Assembly: GCA_028534125.1 (NCBI GenBank)
Contig: CM052818.1
Coordinates: 14,076,001 to 14,140,000 of the forward strand
From: Lama glama
Lineage: Eukaryota
Reading direction: 5' to 3'
DNA length: 64,000 bases
In this document: positions 27,053 through 39,383 of the stretch, piece after piece
Numbering within the stretch: position 1 is the stretch's first letter
Layout of the letters: every line of letters starts with the position of its first letter
Notes under the pieces: generated by a model
Databases searched by the model: none
Told to the model about the DNA's origin: nothing
The model's input: the letters and a program-made list of their open reading frames with translations, nothing else
Made by a program: the position numbers and the translations under genes

Positions 27053-28699
27053 CACTCTATTTTTTAAAACTTTATAATAAAGAAATGGGCAAAATGTCAG
27101 CTGATTTATCTTAGCCAGTTTTCCCTATAAACTTACTAGCCTAAATTTGCAAAGATCATAAAAGTTAAAGAACTAGGTATCACTATATAAGGTCAAATTT
27201 CAGGGCTCCTATTTTGGCTTTTTAATCTGCTGGGGAGCTATTAAATATATTTAATGTTTAGATGAACGGGTTTTACACATCCTTGCTCTCTCAGATGATT
27301 TTTAAAAATTGTTGAACCAAGTCAAGTACCACAATGTGTGAATAATATGAGTTGTAAATATCATTTGTCTCAAGAAATCTTTTTTCCTTCTATTAGTGTG
27401 GTAATCTCTGGCTTAAAACAGTGTTTGGGTGCTGTTTTTTGAGTTCATTATTCTATTGCTAAAGTATTTATTGGCCTTCAGTCTTAAGGGACTCATTAAT
27501 AGAAGATACTATTTTGGAAATACTATATACTGACTGAATAGTTTGGAATTTCTAATTATTGCATGGAGAGGCCAGACATTTTTTGCCATGATATGACTTG
27601 GTGACAGGATTCTCAAATATCACATTATGCAGAGATCCAATGAATAAAGTTTAAAGTTAAATATTAACTTTTGAGCTGAGAGTACTAGACTGTCTTTAAA
27701 GATTGCTTTGCTTTGTTTGGAGTTAGGTAGAGAGGGAAAGAACTGAGTCCTTGATATTCAGACCACTTCTGATATGAAGGATTTTGCAGCCCACACAGTT
27801 TTCCAGCAAGTTCAAAAAAATATTATACCTATTTCAGTGTAGTTGTGGTCTTAAGAAGTATGTACTTTCATACACAGGCTCCATCTTATACTTCAACTTA
27901 TCATGCATTTTAATATAATTTCACTAATTTGTCATTATATTTTGCCTTTCCTGCTAAGTCTGATGGTAGCATCAGTTAATGTTTAGTCAAGACATTCTGC
28001 ACTGGAATGAATGCCAGTATTATAAAGTTGAACAAAAATCTCAAATTCCTTAGATTTGTTTTTGTGTTTATCAATAAAATTTCAATTTGGTCTTATGCCA
28101 TTTTCCCAAAGCAAATGATATAATTAGCACATGAACATTTCTCCTCAAGCCAGGAGTTTATTAATAGTACCTGCAGTGGTGTCTAATAGATATTTATTGA
28201 AAGATTGAGTTGGAACAGGTGATGATTAAGAATAATTGTTTATTTGTACATCTCTGGATTTCCATAATTAAAAAAGAAGAAAAACATAGCATTACATTGT
28301 AAATATGAAATTGCTGAAATTGAATAAAATCTTTTTTCTATTGAAGTAATATATATTCAGTAAAGATTGATAATTTGACTTTGTGATTCTCCTCTCATAC
28401 TCTCATAAGGGTGCAAAATGCCAATAATTTAGGAGAAGGTAGGAAGAGATTCAGTATTCCCCAGGCTTGAAATTTAAGCTGCTACCCTTCTTTGGATCAG
28501 TCCATTTTTATCTTATTGGGTAGCCATGGATTTTAAAGTTTTAAATGAAGCTGAAAACCAGCAGCATAATTTACCTATCCTTAAAACAAAACGAAAAAAA
28601 CTGCACATGACTTTAAGTGCATTTCAAATAGATTCAGTGGTTAACTCTACTAGAAGAACAACCCTCTTTTCTTTCCTTTCTTTTGGTAGCCTGCCCGTC

Positions 28700-29006
28700 T
28701 CCCTGCAAAAGTAGCTCCATTTGATGTGAGCAACAAGCAAAAGACTAGAACAATAAACAGATAGAAGAAGGCCGTAGTGCCTGAGTATTAGTAGCCTAGT
28801 TACAGATTGCACTGCGTCAGACTGCTCCACACCCAGAAGGCATCAGGTGACTTCAGTCCTGCTGCAGTTGTGCAGCAGAGGAGACTGCAGACTTCGGTTG
28901 AGGAAACGGATATTTCATGTCTCAGGGGGTAGATTTTTGCAGTTACAGCTTTTCCGTTGGTATGCATAATTGGTAATTGCATCTGGAGGGCAGATCGTGA
29001 AAAGAG
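28700..29006 (+). promoter_or_regulatory. RTN4: Putative internal Nogo-C promoter and 5' leader (TSS not determinable)
   Basis: Repeat-free, relatively GC-richer stretch with E-boxes (caggtg, cagttg, catctg) immediately 5' of the Nogo-C ATG. Nogo-C is known to use its own promoter. Confidence 0.6.
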
Positions 29007-29040
29007 ATGGACGGTCAGAAGAAAAATTGGAAGGACAAGG
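29007..29040 (+). CDS. RTN4: RTN4 Nogo-C-specific first coding exon (MDGQKKNWKDK+G)
   Basis: gagATGG Kozak context, 34 nt, donor AGG|gtatat. Splices in frame to VVDLLYWRD. Summed CDS 34+208+139+70+47+59+43 = 600 nt = 199 aa plus stop. Confidence 0.96.
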
Positions 29041-29323
29041 GTATATGTGCTTTTAAATCTTTATTCAGTTTTTTAATGTGACCAATAATACATTTCTGTG
29101 AATAAGCTTTGCAGTTTAGATATATTTTGGATTAAAAATGAAGCCTATGAAAGGTTTAAGAGTAAAGGATTAGAATAGCTATTTCAAATGTATTTTTACA
29201 TTCGGTTATGTATGAGAAAATGTCACGCTGTTCTGTTTCACTGGCATTTGATTTAGTCTTTGCAGTTCTGTTGTTGATTAGGTTCTGTTCTTTAATCTTG
29301 CACACAGTAAACAGTATAGTTTT

Positions 29324-29421
29324 TTAATTGAAGTATAAAAAAGATAAAAAGCAAATTTCTTTTGTATAGCACAGGAAACTATATTCAATATCTTGTAATA
29401 ACCTTTAATGAAAAAGAATAT
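29324..29421 (-). mobile_element. ~98-bp inverted L1 3'-end insertion with 17-bp TSD
   Basis: TSD gtaaacagtatagtttt at 29307-29323 and 29422-29438. Antisense L1 terminus (ttaattgaagtata) joined to sense L1 3'UTR text (tgtatagcacaggaaactatattcaatatcttgtaataacc). Confidence 0.82.
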
Positions 29422-30394
29422 GTAAACAGTATAGTTTTAATATATTTCATTTGTTGGTCACTTTGGTGTGATAAATCTACATAGCTATCTTTGTATTCTA
29501 TAATGATATTTTCTGTGATTTTTTTTTTTTAAAGCTGATTTGGTGTAGTTGAAATTCTATCCAAAGGTTTGTAGGTAGCAAGATCCTGCATTTGCAATAA
29601 GCCTGTTTTCTTTGGAAATCTTATTAAATCTTTGAAGTTGCTACCAGTTCCCTTTTAATTAGATTATAATTTTGTATATCTTAAAATGGTTAAAATATAT
29701 ACACAGTATTTTAAATGTGTGTCTATATTTAAGTCACTAACCTTTGTCCTTGTAATAACCAGTCAGTGATCTTGATCCCCTTTCCTCCCCCTTGAAAGCC
29801 CAGATCCTTTCAAGTCTCAGTGGATTGGGTTGTGTAAGAATTTAAGCCCGTGAGTGTACTGAATATTTTTAAAATATTTTATTATGTAGATGGTTAAATG
29901 TGCCATTTTAAGAAAAAGGGAAAGTAGTAAGCTGTATATTTGACCTTATAATAAATTGTATTAAAAATTATTAGAGCTATTTTTAAGTAGTCCAGCGAGA
30001 CATTCCATACAGGCGATTTTTTTTCTGCCCACATTCAAGTTTTATAGTTTTTAAAAAATGTTATGTATTGCTGTAGGAGATTCGTTAGCAGGACTGGTGA
30101 TAATGTTTCTAAAAGCAGTATGTGGAGCTAATTACAGTAACCTTTACACCCTTTAAAATTTTTTTGGAATAAAGTATTGTGGGGAAAAGGTGAATTTAAG
30201 ATTGAGTTTGTATTGAGACATCAGAATGATTTTATAGTTACAACTTAAAGAACAGAAAACAACACAGCTTTGGATTTTTACCTTTATGAATTTAATGAAA
30301 TAAAGTGAATTTAATGAAGAGAAGGATTTTTATCTCTTCATCCTTCTGACCATTAGCATTACAAAGTGAAAGGTGAATTGCTACACTAGTTTTT

Positions 30395-30416
30395 CTTTCT
30401 TTTTTTTTTATTGAAG
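30395..30416 (-). mobile_element. ~22-bp retroposed insertion (L1 terminus plus poly(A)) with 16-bp TSD
   Basis: TSD tgctacactagttttt at 30379-30394 and 30417-30432. Insert reverse complement cttcaataaaaaaaaaagaaag. Confidence 0.72.
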
Positions 30417-31559
30417 TGCTACACTAGTTTTTTGATAAGTAAAAATGATAGTGATAACAGGACATAAATACAGCCTTTTAAAATAGGTGAAAAGTCACAT
30501 CAGGGCCTACTTTGCATCTGTTAAGGCTCTGGATTAATGATTTGTTTCTTAGACCATTTAATAACATCTTAAGTTCATTATTTGCTGAACTAACTTAGGG
30601 ATATTTTGAGACATGAGAAATTAAGACCCAGTATAGTCCATATTATACCAGAGATTTATTTTAATTATTTTTAGGCACTAAATATAAAATCAAATTTACT
30701 CTTGAATTTCTGGGGAGCCTCACTTTGTGTATTAGTGCAATGGCTTGATATATTTTTAGTACTTGTCTTTGGCATTTTTTGCTTGGGAAGATTAACTTTA
30801 CCTATTTTTCTGATTCATTGGTTAAGTTATATTTTAGTATTTTCTTTATTAGCAGCTAATTTTAATGTTGCAGATTATAGATTACAATTTAAATGGAAAT
30901 CAGTGAGAAGCTGAAGCTGCCATGGAATGAGTTTTTCCTCATTTTATGAAAAATGTGACAGTAGAGGAAAGAATCTCATCTAAGTGCTCTAGGTATATTA
31001 AAAAGAAAAACCACAAAAAAACTTAAGCCCGTATTTTTCCTACTCCCTCATCACTCTGTTTTCCCCTTAAGTGCCATAGTTGAAACACATCCAGTCATCT
31101 AATGATGGTAGCATTTAAAGGTATAATAGAAGTGAGAGATACTTTGATTTCACTGTTTTAAAAAATTTAGGGTTTTGTTTTGTTGCTGGTTAACTGGTAT
31201 TTAAGACATTTTATTTTTCAGGCTAAGACCAACATTAATAATTTGTATTCTTTCCCATATTTTTTATCTCAGATTTTCACTTGTTCTTAGCAGGATACTT
31301 ACAATGAATTAAATCTACGTAGTACTTTGATTATTGGGATTATATGGAAAGCATTGATTGAGACACGATTTTGAAGCGTTAAGATAGGAAGGAATAGGTA
31401 GGTTTGGGGGTTTGTGTTGGGTGGGAGAATGATGTAACTGCTAAAAAGGTATACTTGAGACAGTGAATAGTTTTTCTGGGTAGAACAGAATATTTATAGG
31501 ATAATAGTGGAAAGATAAGATTGATATGATCAAAGAATAGAGAAGATGTGCAAGATCTT

Positions 31560-31720
31560 GGTCAGGTTTCCTCAGACTTCCCTGAAGATGAGAATCAGCT
31601 AGTGCTTCTTGAAAATAGTCCTGTGAATCCATATTCAGATCTACCAAATCAGAATTTATGGGGGGAGGGTATGGCAGTGTATTAAGGACCCTGGTGTAAT
31701 TCGTGTTATAATCAGGCAAA
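31560..31720. mobile_element. MER5-like hAT element
   Basis: ggtttcctcagactt...gagaatca...aaatcagaattt...gtaattc pattern. Confidence 0.5.
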
Positions 31721-34700
31721 TTTAGTAGGAAACACCAGTCCAGGTTTTTAAGTTTCTGTTCTAGTATGTTTTGATTTTGGCCAGAATAAGAAACTTACCC
31801 TTTTCAGTTTCCTCTTTTGCATGATTTCTAATGTTCCAGTTTTGATGTTCTCTGATTTTATGGAAAGATATCCTGGGCCAGATTGCAAAAGACATTAACT
31901 GGGTTTTGGATTTTATCATAAAGTAAATAAAGAGCCTTTGGAAGTTTTAAAGTATGGAGTGATAAAATGATAGGTTTGAAAGACTGTTTTGGGGTGCTGT
32001 ATAAGATAAATTGAAGAAGAATTTAGAGGCAGAACAGGATGACTGTATTTGTGCCCAGATTTAAAGCAAATAGTGCTTGGATTTGGCCTGAAAAGAAAGT
32101 GACAGATTTGAGAAACCCAGGAAAGGAGTGCTTGACATTTGTCATAGATTTGTGGGACTAAGATAAGGACAGCATGAAATTTCTGTCAGAGTGAAACTTT
32201 GGCAATGCTAGTGCTTTAGTATCGATAGAAATAGAGCTGAAGTAGGTAGAAATGATGCCAGGTTTTGTTTTGGAAACCTCAAATTTAAGTGACAGAGTAT
32301 CTCTGAAGCTCAGAGAAATGACAGGTTTGATGAGTAAAGAATTGGGAATTGAATACAAAATGAGATGGATGAATACTGTGAGGAAATTTGCATAGAGAGA
32401 ACAGAAGATTGAGAAAGGAAGGCCTAAAACGTGCATTGTGGGGATTTGCAGCACCAGGAGGATCAGGAAGTTACAGTCAGAGCAATAAAAGGAGCAGGAT
32501 AGTGCTGGTTCACTGATACTAAGAGGAGGGAGAATTTTCAAGAAGGAATAGCTGGTTAAATACTACAGAAAAGCCATTTAATAATGAGGATTGAGAGATG
32601 ATTGTGAACGCTGCATTTTAGGAACACTGCGATTATTACTAGCACTTTTGAGATTTGACAGTTAACATGCTGTAGGTGACCTTTGAGAGAAGTTTGTGTA
32701 GGATGGGGTCAGAAATGTTCCTAGCATTTAAATTCATTTTGATTATATGGCAAGACTGGCTTTGGACCATTTCTGGAGCATACTTCTTATAGAGATTCTT
32801 ATAGAGATTCTTGTAGAGTTCCCTGACCTTTACTTTTGCTAAGTCACTTTCAATTTCAAAGCTTAAGGTTACTGAGTATATGGGTACAGGTGTACGCACA
32901 TACTGACATTGAGGAAGAGAGGAGCAGGGGTCTTGCTGCTTGAACAAACAAGTACCTTACTTAACCCCTGGGAATGCCCCCCCCCACCCCCGCACACACA
33001 TAAACACAAAATGCCTGAGAAGAGAACTTGGGTGTTAATTGTGAGACTTACTGATTGGAGGAAGCTTCCTGCTTTCAGTTCTAAACTTAGTTGAAACCCA
33101 GTGTTTAGTCATTCATCAGATACTTTTTCTAGGTCTTGGTTTAGTAGTGCAGTGCTGTGTGTGCTTGTGTGTGTGTGTGGTAAAAAATTTGGAAGGTGTG
33201 TAGAAGAAGAATACTATCACTTCACACAGTAGTTTTGGTATATATTTCTAACTGTATGTATGTGTTGGGCACATATGGTACATTTTGTTCTATAATCATT
33301 TTCCTCCCAGTCAATGGGGAGATAATGTTTTAATGGATGTAGTATTCTAAGTATGTACTATTAATCCCATATATAGTTAAATATTCATTATTTCTGAAGT
33401 TTTACAGGTATAAACAATCCTAAATTGAGTATAATTGAATATAAATGATTGTTTTTATTCATAATTATTTCTAAATTGCTCAGTTACAGTTTTTAGGGTT
33501 TTTAGTTCATGTTGCAAAACTTCCCTCCAGAAAGATACAAATTATTTTGAGCAATGTATAGGAGTGTCTGTCCCGAAACCTTGGCTAAGATTAAATACTA
33601 CATATGCATTTCTGATGGTTTTAACTCTTAAGATAGCTGTTTTGTCACTTTTGAGTAAATTAGTTGATGAGAATCAAGTTTACATCGAAAAAGAGTAAAT
33701 TTGGAATTTTTTTCCTTCTGTATATAAAGTCTCATATGGATACATATTGGGAGCAATGGAAATATCCTCTCTGTTTTCTTCATTTACCCAGGTCTGGGTA
33801 CTCCTAATTCTTTACCAGAACTTCTGACTGGTTATTCCACTAAATCCTATGTGTCACAGCCAGATTAATCTTCCTAAAGTATGGCTCTAATTATAGTACT
33901 TAAGGGGTTTTCCTTTATTTTTCAAATTAAGTTCATACCATCTATCCTGGACTTTTAAAAGATATTCCATGGTCTAGTCATAGCCTTTATAATCCCATCT
34001 CCCATTACTGTGTCTCCAGCCACATTGAAGGACTTATTCCAAAAACATTCCTGTTCTTTGCATTTGTTTTTATTTTTCTGTCTGAAATCCCCTCTTCCCA
34101 TTTCATTTTGCCAAGTCTTACTTATCAAAGACCCAATACTTCCTGAGATATTCAGAAATCCTCCTTGGTGGAGGTAATCCAGTGTCCCTTAGAATTCCCA
34201 TCTCTTGGTTTTCATTTTGTGAAATTCATAACTGTAATAGAATTTATATATAGGCATTTTTTAAAACTGGCATCACCACCCCCCAACTATAAATTCATTG
34301 AAGGCAGAAACGGTGGCTTCATCACTGGGTCTTCTCATTGACTCTGCAGAGCTTCTCAACAAAGTGAGAGGCTGAGAAGTTTGTACAGCCAGGTTTATTC
34401 CTGGCCTTGAACATCCATTCCTGGAAATTTTTTTAAATGTTCTTTTAAACGGGAGAAATAAGAAAAGAGAGTCCATACTTTACCCCTTCTTAAAGGAGCA
34501 ATTAAGTAACTGAAGCAACTTTTGTAAATCCAGAATTTTCAGATTATACCTGCAGACAAACCATCTTATTAGTCATTTATTCTGATTTTCCCCTTTTACA
34601 GTTAAGGAAACCAAGAAAACTAAAGAGATTAAATTATTTGTTCAGGATTACACAGCTAGTGGCACAGGGTCTTTGTTTTTATTTTACAATTTATAGTTGT

Positions 34701-36655
34701 ACTTGAACAATCAAAGATTGAAAAATATAAAAGCTAAAATGATCCATCTTTTGATACTTTATTCATTTATAATTGAACTGTGACATCTTTCTGTATGGTT
34801 CTCTCTGTAATAAAAGTGGCAGAAGTCTGTAACACTAGCCATGAAAGAAGGTAAGTGTGGCTAGTTGTTTAGTATAGTCAAAAGGTTAATCCTGATGAGA
34901 ACTCTGTGGGCCAAGAGAGAGAAAATTCTCTTCGTCTTTAGGGACTGAATTACATGCTTGAATGTAGAAAAAAATGTTAAGCAGTGATAGAATTCTTTTT
35001 CTGATCTCCAGGTATCCCCTAGGTTCCCCTTTTATTTATTCACTTGGTTCCATCTCTTGCTAGAATTTAGGCCCAAGGATGCTATTTAATTTAGCCAGTC
35101 CTTCTCTTTGCATCTTTGGAGCAGTATTCTAAGACCAGATTTTCTCTTTGTTTCTCTGCTTTATCATGGATAATGTTCACTTTTATGTTACTGGATATGT
35201 GTTCATGTGCATATAATGTGTAAATATATCTCTTTAAATCTGCTTCATGGCTTTCACATTTTTTAATTCAGTCACCTTTTAGGTGAATGGTATTGATAGA
35301 CACTAAAATACTATTGTGTCTCCTCAATACTATTATCACCACTATCTTAACAGTCTATGTAGCATTTACTTAAGGCACTCAAAGCAATTTAAAGATTAAA
35401 AATTATTAATGATAAATTATTAATGATACTCCTCCAACTCTATTGTTAAGAGTTGAGAATTGAGATAGATTTAGGAATTACTACTCAGATTACAGATTTG
35501 CTAAAACTCTAATTTTCCATAAAATTTTCCAGAAGAATAGCTGTTGTTAGTTTATAGCTGTATACACTCATTTGTGTATTTTTTCCACTTAAATAATTAA
35601 AATTAAAATAGATTATTCTGGTCAGTGATGTGAATACTTTACCTTGTTTCATTGAAATCTATACTATTAGCCATTTATTCATTGAGGATTTATATTGAGT
35701 GTGTGCCACAGGTATGTAAAGTTAGAGAAATATAACTAGTTTATCTACTAGTGAAGCTCATTCTTTTTGAACTAGTAATTTTCTCTGAGTTTCCCCCCTC
35801 CCCAGTTACAGTTTACTAAGCTTTTCAGATACCTAGAGTTACAGAACAGTATATTTTCCATTTAGTTTTTATTAGGAGAAAATAGGATTTTTGGCAGCAA
35901 TTTACTATTTCTAAAGTTTGATGCCTATTTCTTGTAATGTGTGGATGCCAACCAGAAGTAAAGTTGGAAGGGGGAAGTTAGAATTATTTTCTGCTATTTT
36001 TTTATTTTCTAATAAAGCTGGAAATAGAATGTGGGATTAAAAGTATTGAAAACTATGAACTGATTAATAAGTAAATTGATGTGGTGCTTCTTGAACCTCA
36101 CTGTTCTCTATCTCAGAGAAATTTGGATTTTCCTTAGAAGAGAGCAAAACCATAGGTAGTTTTTACCTTCCTGCAGTGTATTGAGACATTTTCTATTTGA
36201 TGATACTTAATATAGAAGAAACAACCACTTAAAGTGAACTCAAATTTCATAGCAAATAAGAGGGAAAAAGGTTTGATTAAAACTTTATCTTAAAATGTAA
36301 AACCAACAGTTATGAAAATAAGTTCTAGTTTATTCTTAACAAAATTTAGGTCATAATCACAGCTGTGCATAAGTTCTTAGGATGAACAGAGATGAATCAA
36401 GTTTTGGGGCTTTTCACTGTGTAGTTTTTACCACAAAATTGGTAACACAAAATGGCATTTTTATGGTTGAATTTTCACATTGGATCATATATAATGCCTT
36501 TTTACACAAAATGTTCAAGGGTTTTAATGACTTTCCTGGTGGATGATCTTAGTATTTTGAGGTCAGATACTCTCTTTTGAAGTGCCTCTTGGACTGTCAG
36601 TCTCTTTTGGAGTAATTCTCCAACATCACTGGTAACATTAACCTTCTGAAATGCT

Positions 36656-37203
36656 ACATTATTAGGAACATAAGCAGTTTTGCATTGTCGTAGATTTGTG
36701 TTGTCTTATCTGGAAATTATATATATACATATATGTATATATATAATTTTAACTTATTATTTTCAAAGTGAGGGACAATTTAGATGGCTTCTAAGAACTG
36801 TAATTTTGCAACTTAAACAGAACATATGATTTACTCATTATTGAATCTTTATTACTGAAATTTATTGGTCTGTATATGTAACTCTGCTCATGGTGTTACT
36901 TGCTTCTCTCTCAATTATTTAAATTGGGGTTGAAGCACTCTTTGGAATCCTCAAGTAGGATAAAAAGCAAACTTAAATACTGATAAATTCCTTTAAATAC
37001 AATATGTGGTATGATGGAAAGAGTGAGACCTTCATGTTTAGACCTGAATTTCAGTCTGTAACCCTGCACAATTTATTTAATAATACTTCTAAGCCTCAGT
37101 TGCCTTATGTATAAAATGCAAATAATACTTTATTGGGTTGTGATTAATGATCAACGTATGCAAAGTATTTGCACCATTCCTTGCTCAGAATAGGGGGTTA
37201 CTA
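36656..37203 (+). repeat. Intronic direct duplication, copy 1 (includes a MIR-like 3' part)
   Basis: Aligns by eye with 43710-44276. Confidence 0.93.
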
Positions 37204-39383
37204 AATTGTTATAAAAAGGGCAAGTATAGAATTTTTTGCTAGTTTTATGTAAAATGTTTCTTCCTTAGATGTATGGTGGTTGAAATGGTCACTGCACTGT
37301 AATGTTGTCAGAAGTAAGGCAGGGAAGATACAGCGGTGAAAGAGACAAAGACTTGAAATTGTGGCATATCTTTCAAAAACTAGCTAGAGCATGAGGAGAG
37401 ATGGCCAAAAGAGGTGCTGATTTGCCAAGTATTTGAAACTTTGTAGCAGTACTAGGTATCCATCAGCCTGAAACTTGCTAAGTGAAACCAAGTTAGCAGT
37501 GCTTTCAGAGAAAGTTGAATTCACCTTTTTAAAAAATAAGAGCTTATTTAATATTTGATTACCCTGCTTAACTTAGCCTCTTGGGATTTAGTGTTTAGTT
37601 CACCAAGCATCTCCATAGGAGAAATCTTTTAGTTTCAGCTAACTTGTTAGGTGATTAAAATTAAAGTTTTCTAATTTTATACGTGGGGAAACTAGGTTAA
37701 GTGATCTTAGTCAGGATCATACTGATGGTAAATAGAAAAAAGAAACAGGGCTCAAGCTCTTCTGTCTTTGCTGAAAGAATTAAAACTCCCACTCCACACA
37801 GGTCTTTTTGTGGACACTCACATGTCATTTATTAGCCAGTTAAATGATTACTATATGGAGGTAAAAGCTTACTATGTGGTAATACGTGATCAACTCTGAA
37901 TTCTAGCACATTTCCTGGCATTTGGGAAGAATTTAATTTAAGGATTGTGATTCCTAATAAATACATAATTATTTATTAATATAAAGATTATGGTTGTGAA
38001 AAAACTAAAAGTTTAATTTCATTGCAATATTTTTTATATTTATTTGTTTTTAACTGCCTTTCTCCCTTTTTCATTCTTCATCTGACTTTATTAGAGAACT
38101 TAACATTTGCTTTTGCTTTAAGAAGTACGTGTTTTCCTGCTAGCCATTTCTTGTCCTCCCAGTGCTGTTAGGACTCCCTAGTTTAATGTCCACCCCCCAT
38201 CCCGCCCCAGACAAAAGATTTAAGAACTGAAGCCTGACTTCAGGCTATTCAAGGAAGAGCCTCAGTAAGAATTTAATTTGAGGCAAAATGTAATTGGATG
38301 ACTCCTGCATGTAAGGCTGACACTATTTTTAGCTATGACAGATGAGTTTATGGTTACCAAATGTAGGCAACTCTTCTTAGTCCGCATTGGGCCAGGTGTT
38401 TTTATTTTGCATTAAAGATCATAGAGTACTGAATTATTTTGAATTAAAATTTTAGTTTGATAAAAATGCTACTGATCTGTGCATTGCACAAAACAAAGTA
38501 AAGATTTTTCACATTTTTTTGAAAACGAAAGTGGGGAAGCACTGCAGGGATTAAGTCACTTTATTCTGAATGACAAAAATTTATTTAAATTGAGCATTAT
38601 TTTAGTAATCCATAAGCATTCTCCCCTGTTATAAGAAAAAGCACTGTTACATTAATTTCAGATCTTTAAAAGGATGTTTCATGAACATTTTATGTAAGAA
38701 TGAAGTTGAGGTCGTAACTAGGTGGCCTTGCATGATTAACACTTTATTCTGCAGTATAGAAGGAGACGTCAGGAACTATAAAGGATTAAGCTTTCCATGT
38801 ACAAGCCCTTTGTGTTAATTTTGGTTTCTCAGGAATAAAGAGGCCATTAAACTCTTCCCTCATAAACAGAACTAATAAAGTGATTATAGAGGATTCAAAA
38901 AATTAGCATTTTAGTGACCCTACAGTTCTTAAGGATGTCCTTTATTTTAATTTGAAAATATTACAGTTTTTAATTAAAATGTTTCTATTCCTAAGAATAA
39001 TCTAGCTACCATTCAGACAGTGCAGCAGATATTAATGAAGCAGGTAATCAGAATAGGAAAGGCATTCGTTCAATCTTTTAGGGTCTAGCAATATTTACTG
39101 TTTTATATATTATCTGAAAGCATTGATATTTATTATTAAGTGTAGATATCTGAGAGTAGTTTAAGTAAAAACAAATGTTAAATCCAAAGTACAGAAACTT
39201 TTTGAATAAATTAGAATTAGTGCATGCCTTAAACTGGCATAAAGTGTGCATTCATTTAATCAATCAGTAATATTGAAAGTTTAGTTGGATTGAGGCTTTG
39301 TCCTCAGCTCTGGTGATGTAAGTAGTAAGAGAATATGCTATTTTGTGGATCTTACAAAGAGAAACAGATGTTAAAATGAGCAA

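Noticed and set aside
32784..32819. 12-bp unit repeated three times (ttcttatagaga); also a 14-bp tandem at 35400-35427
   Set aside because: Simple slippage duplications with no spacers; not CRISPR-like and no evidence of function.
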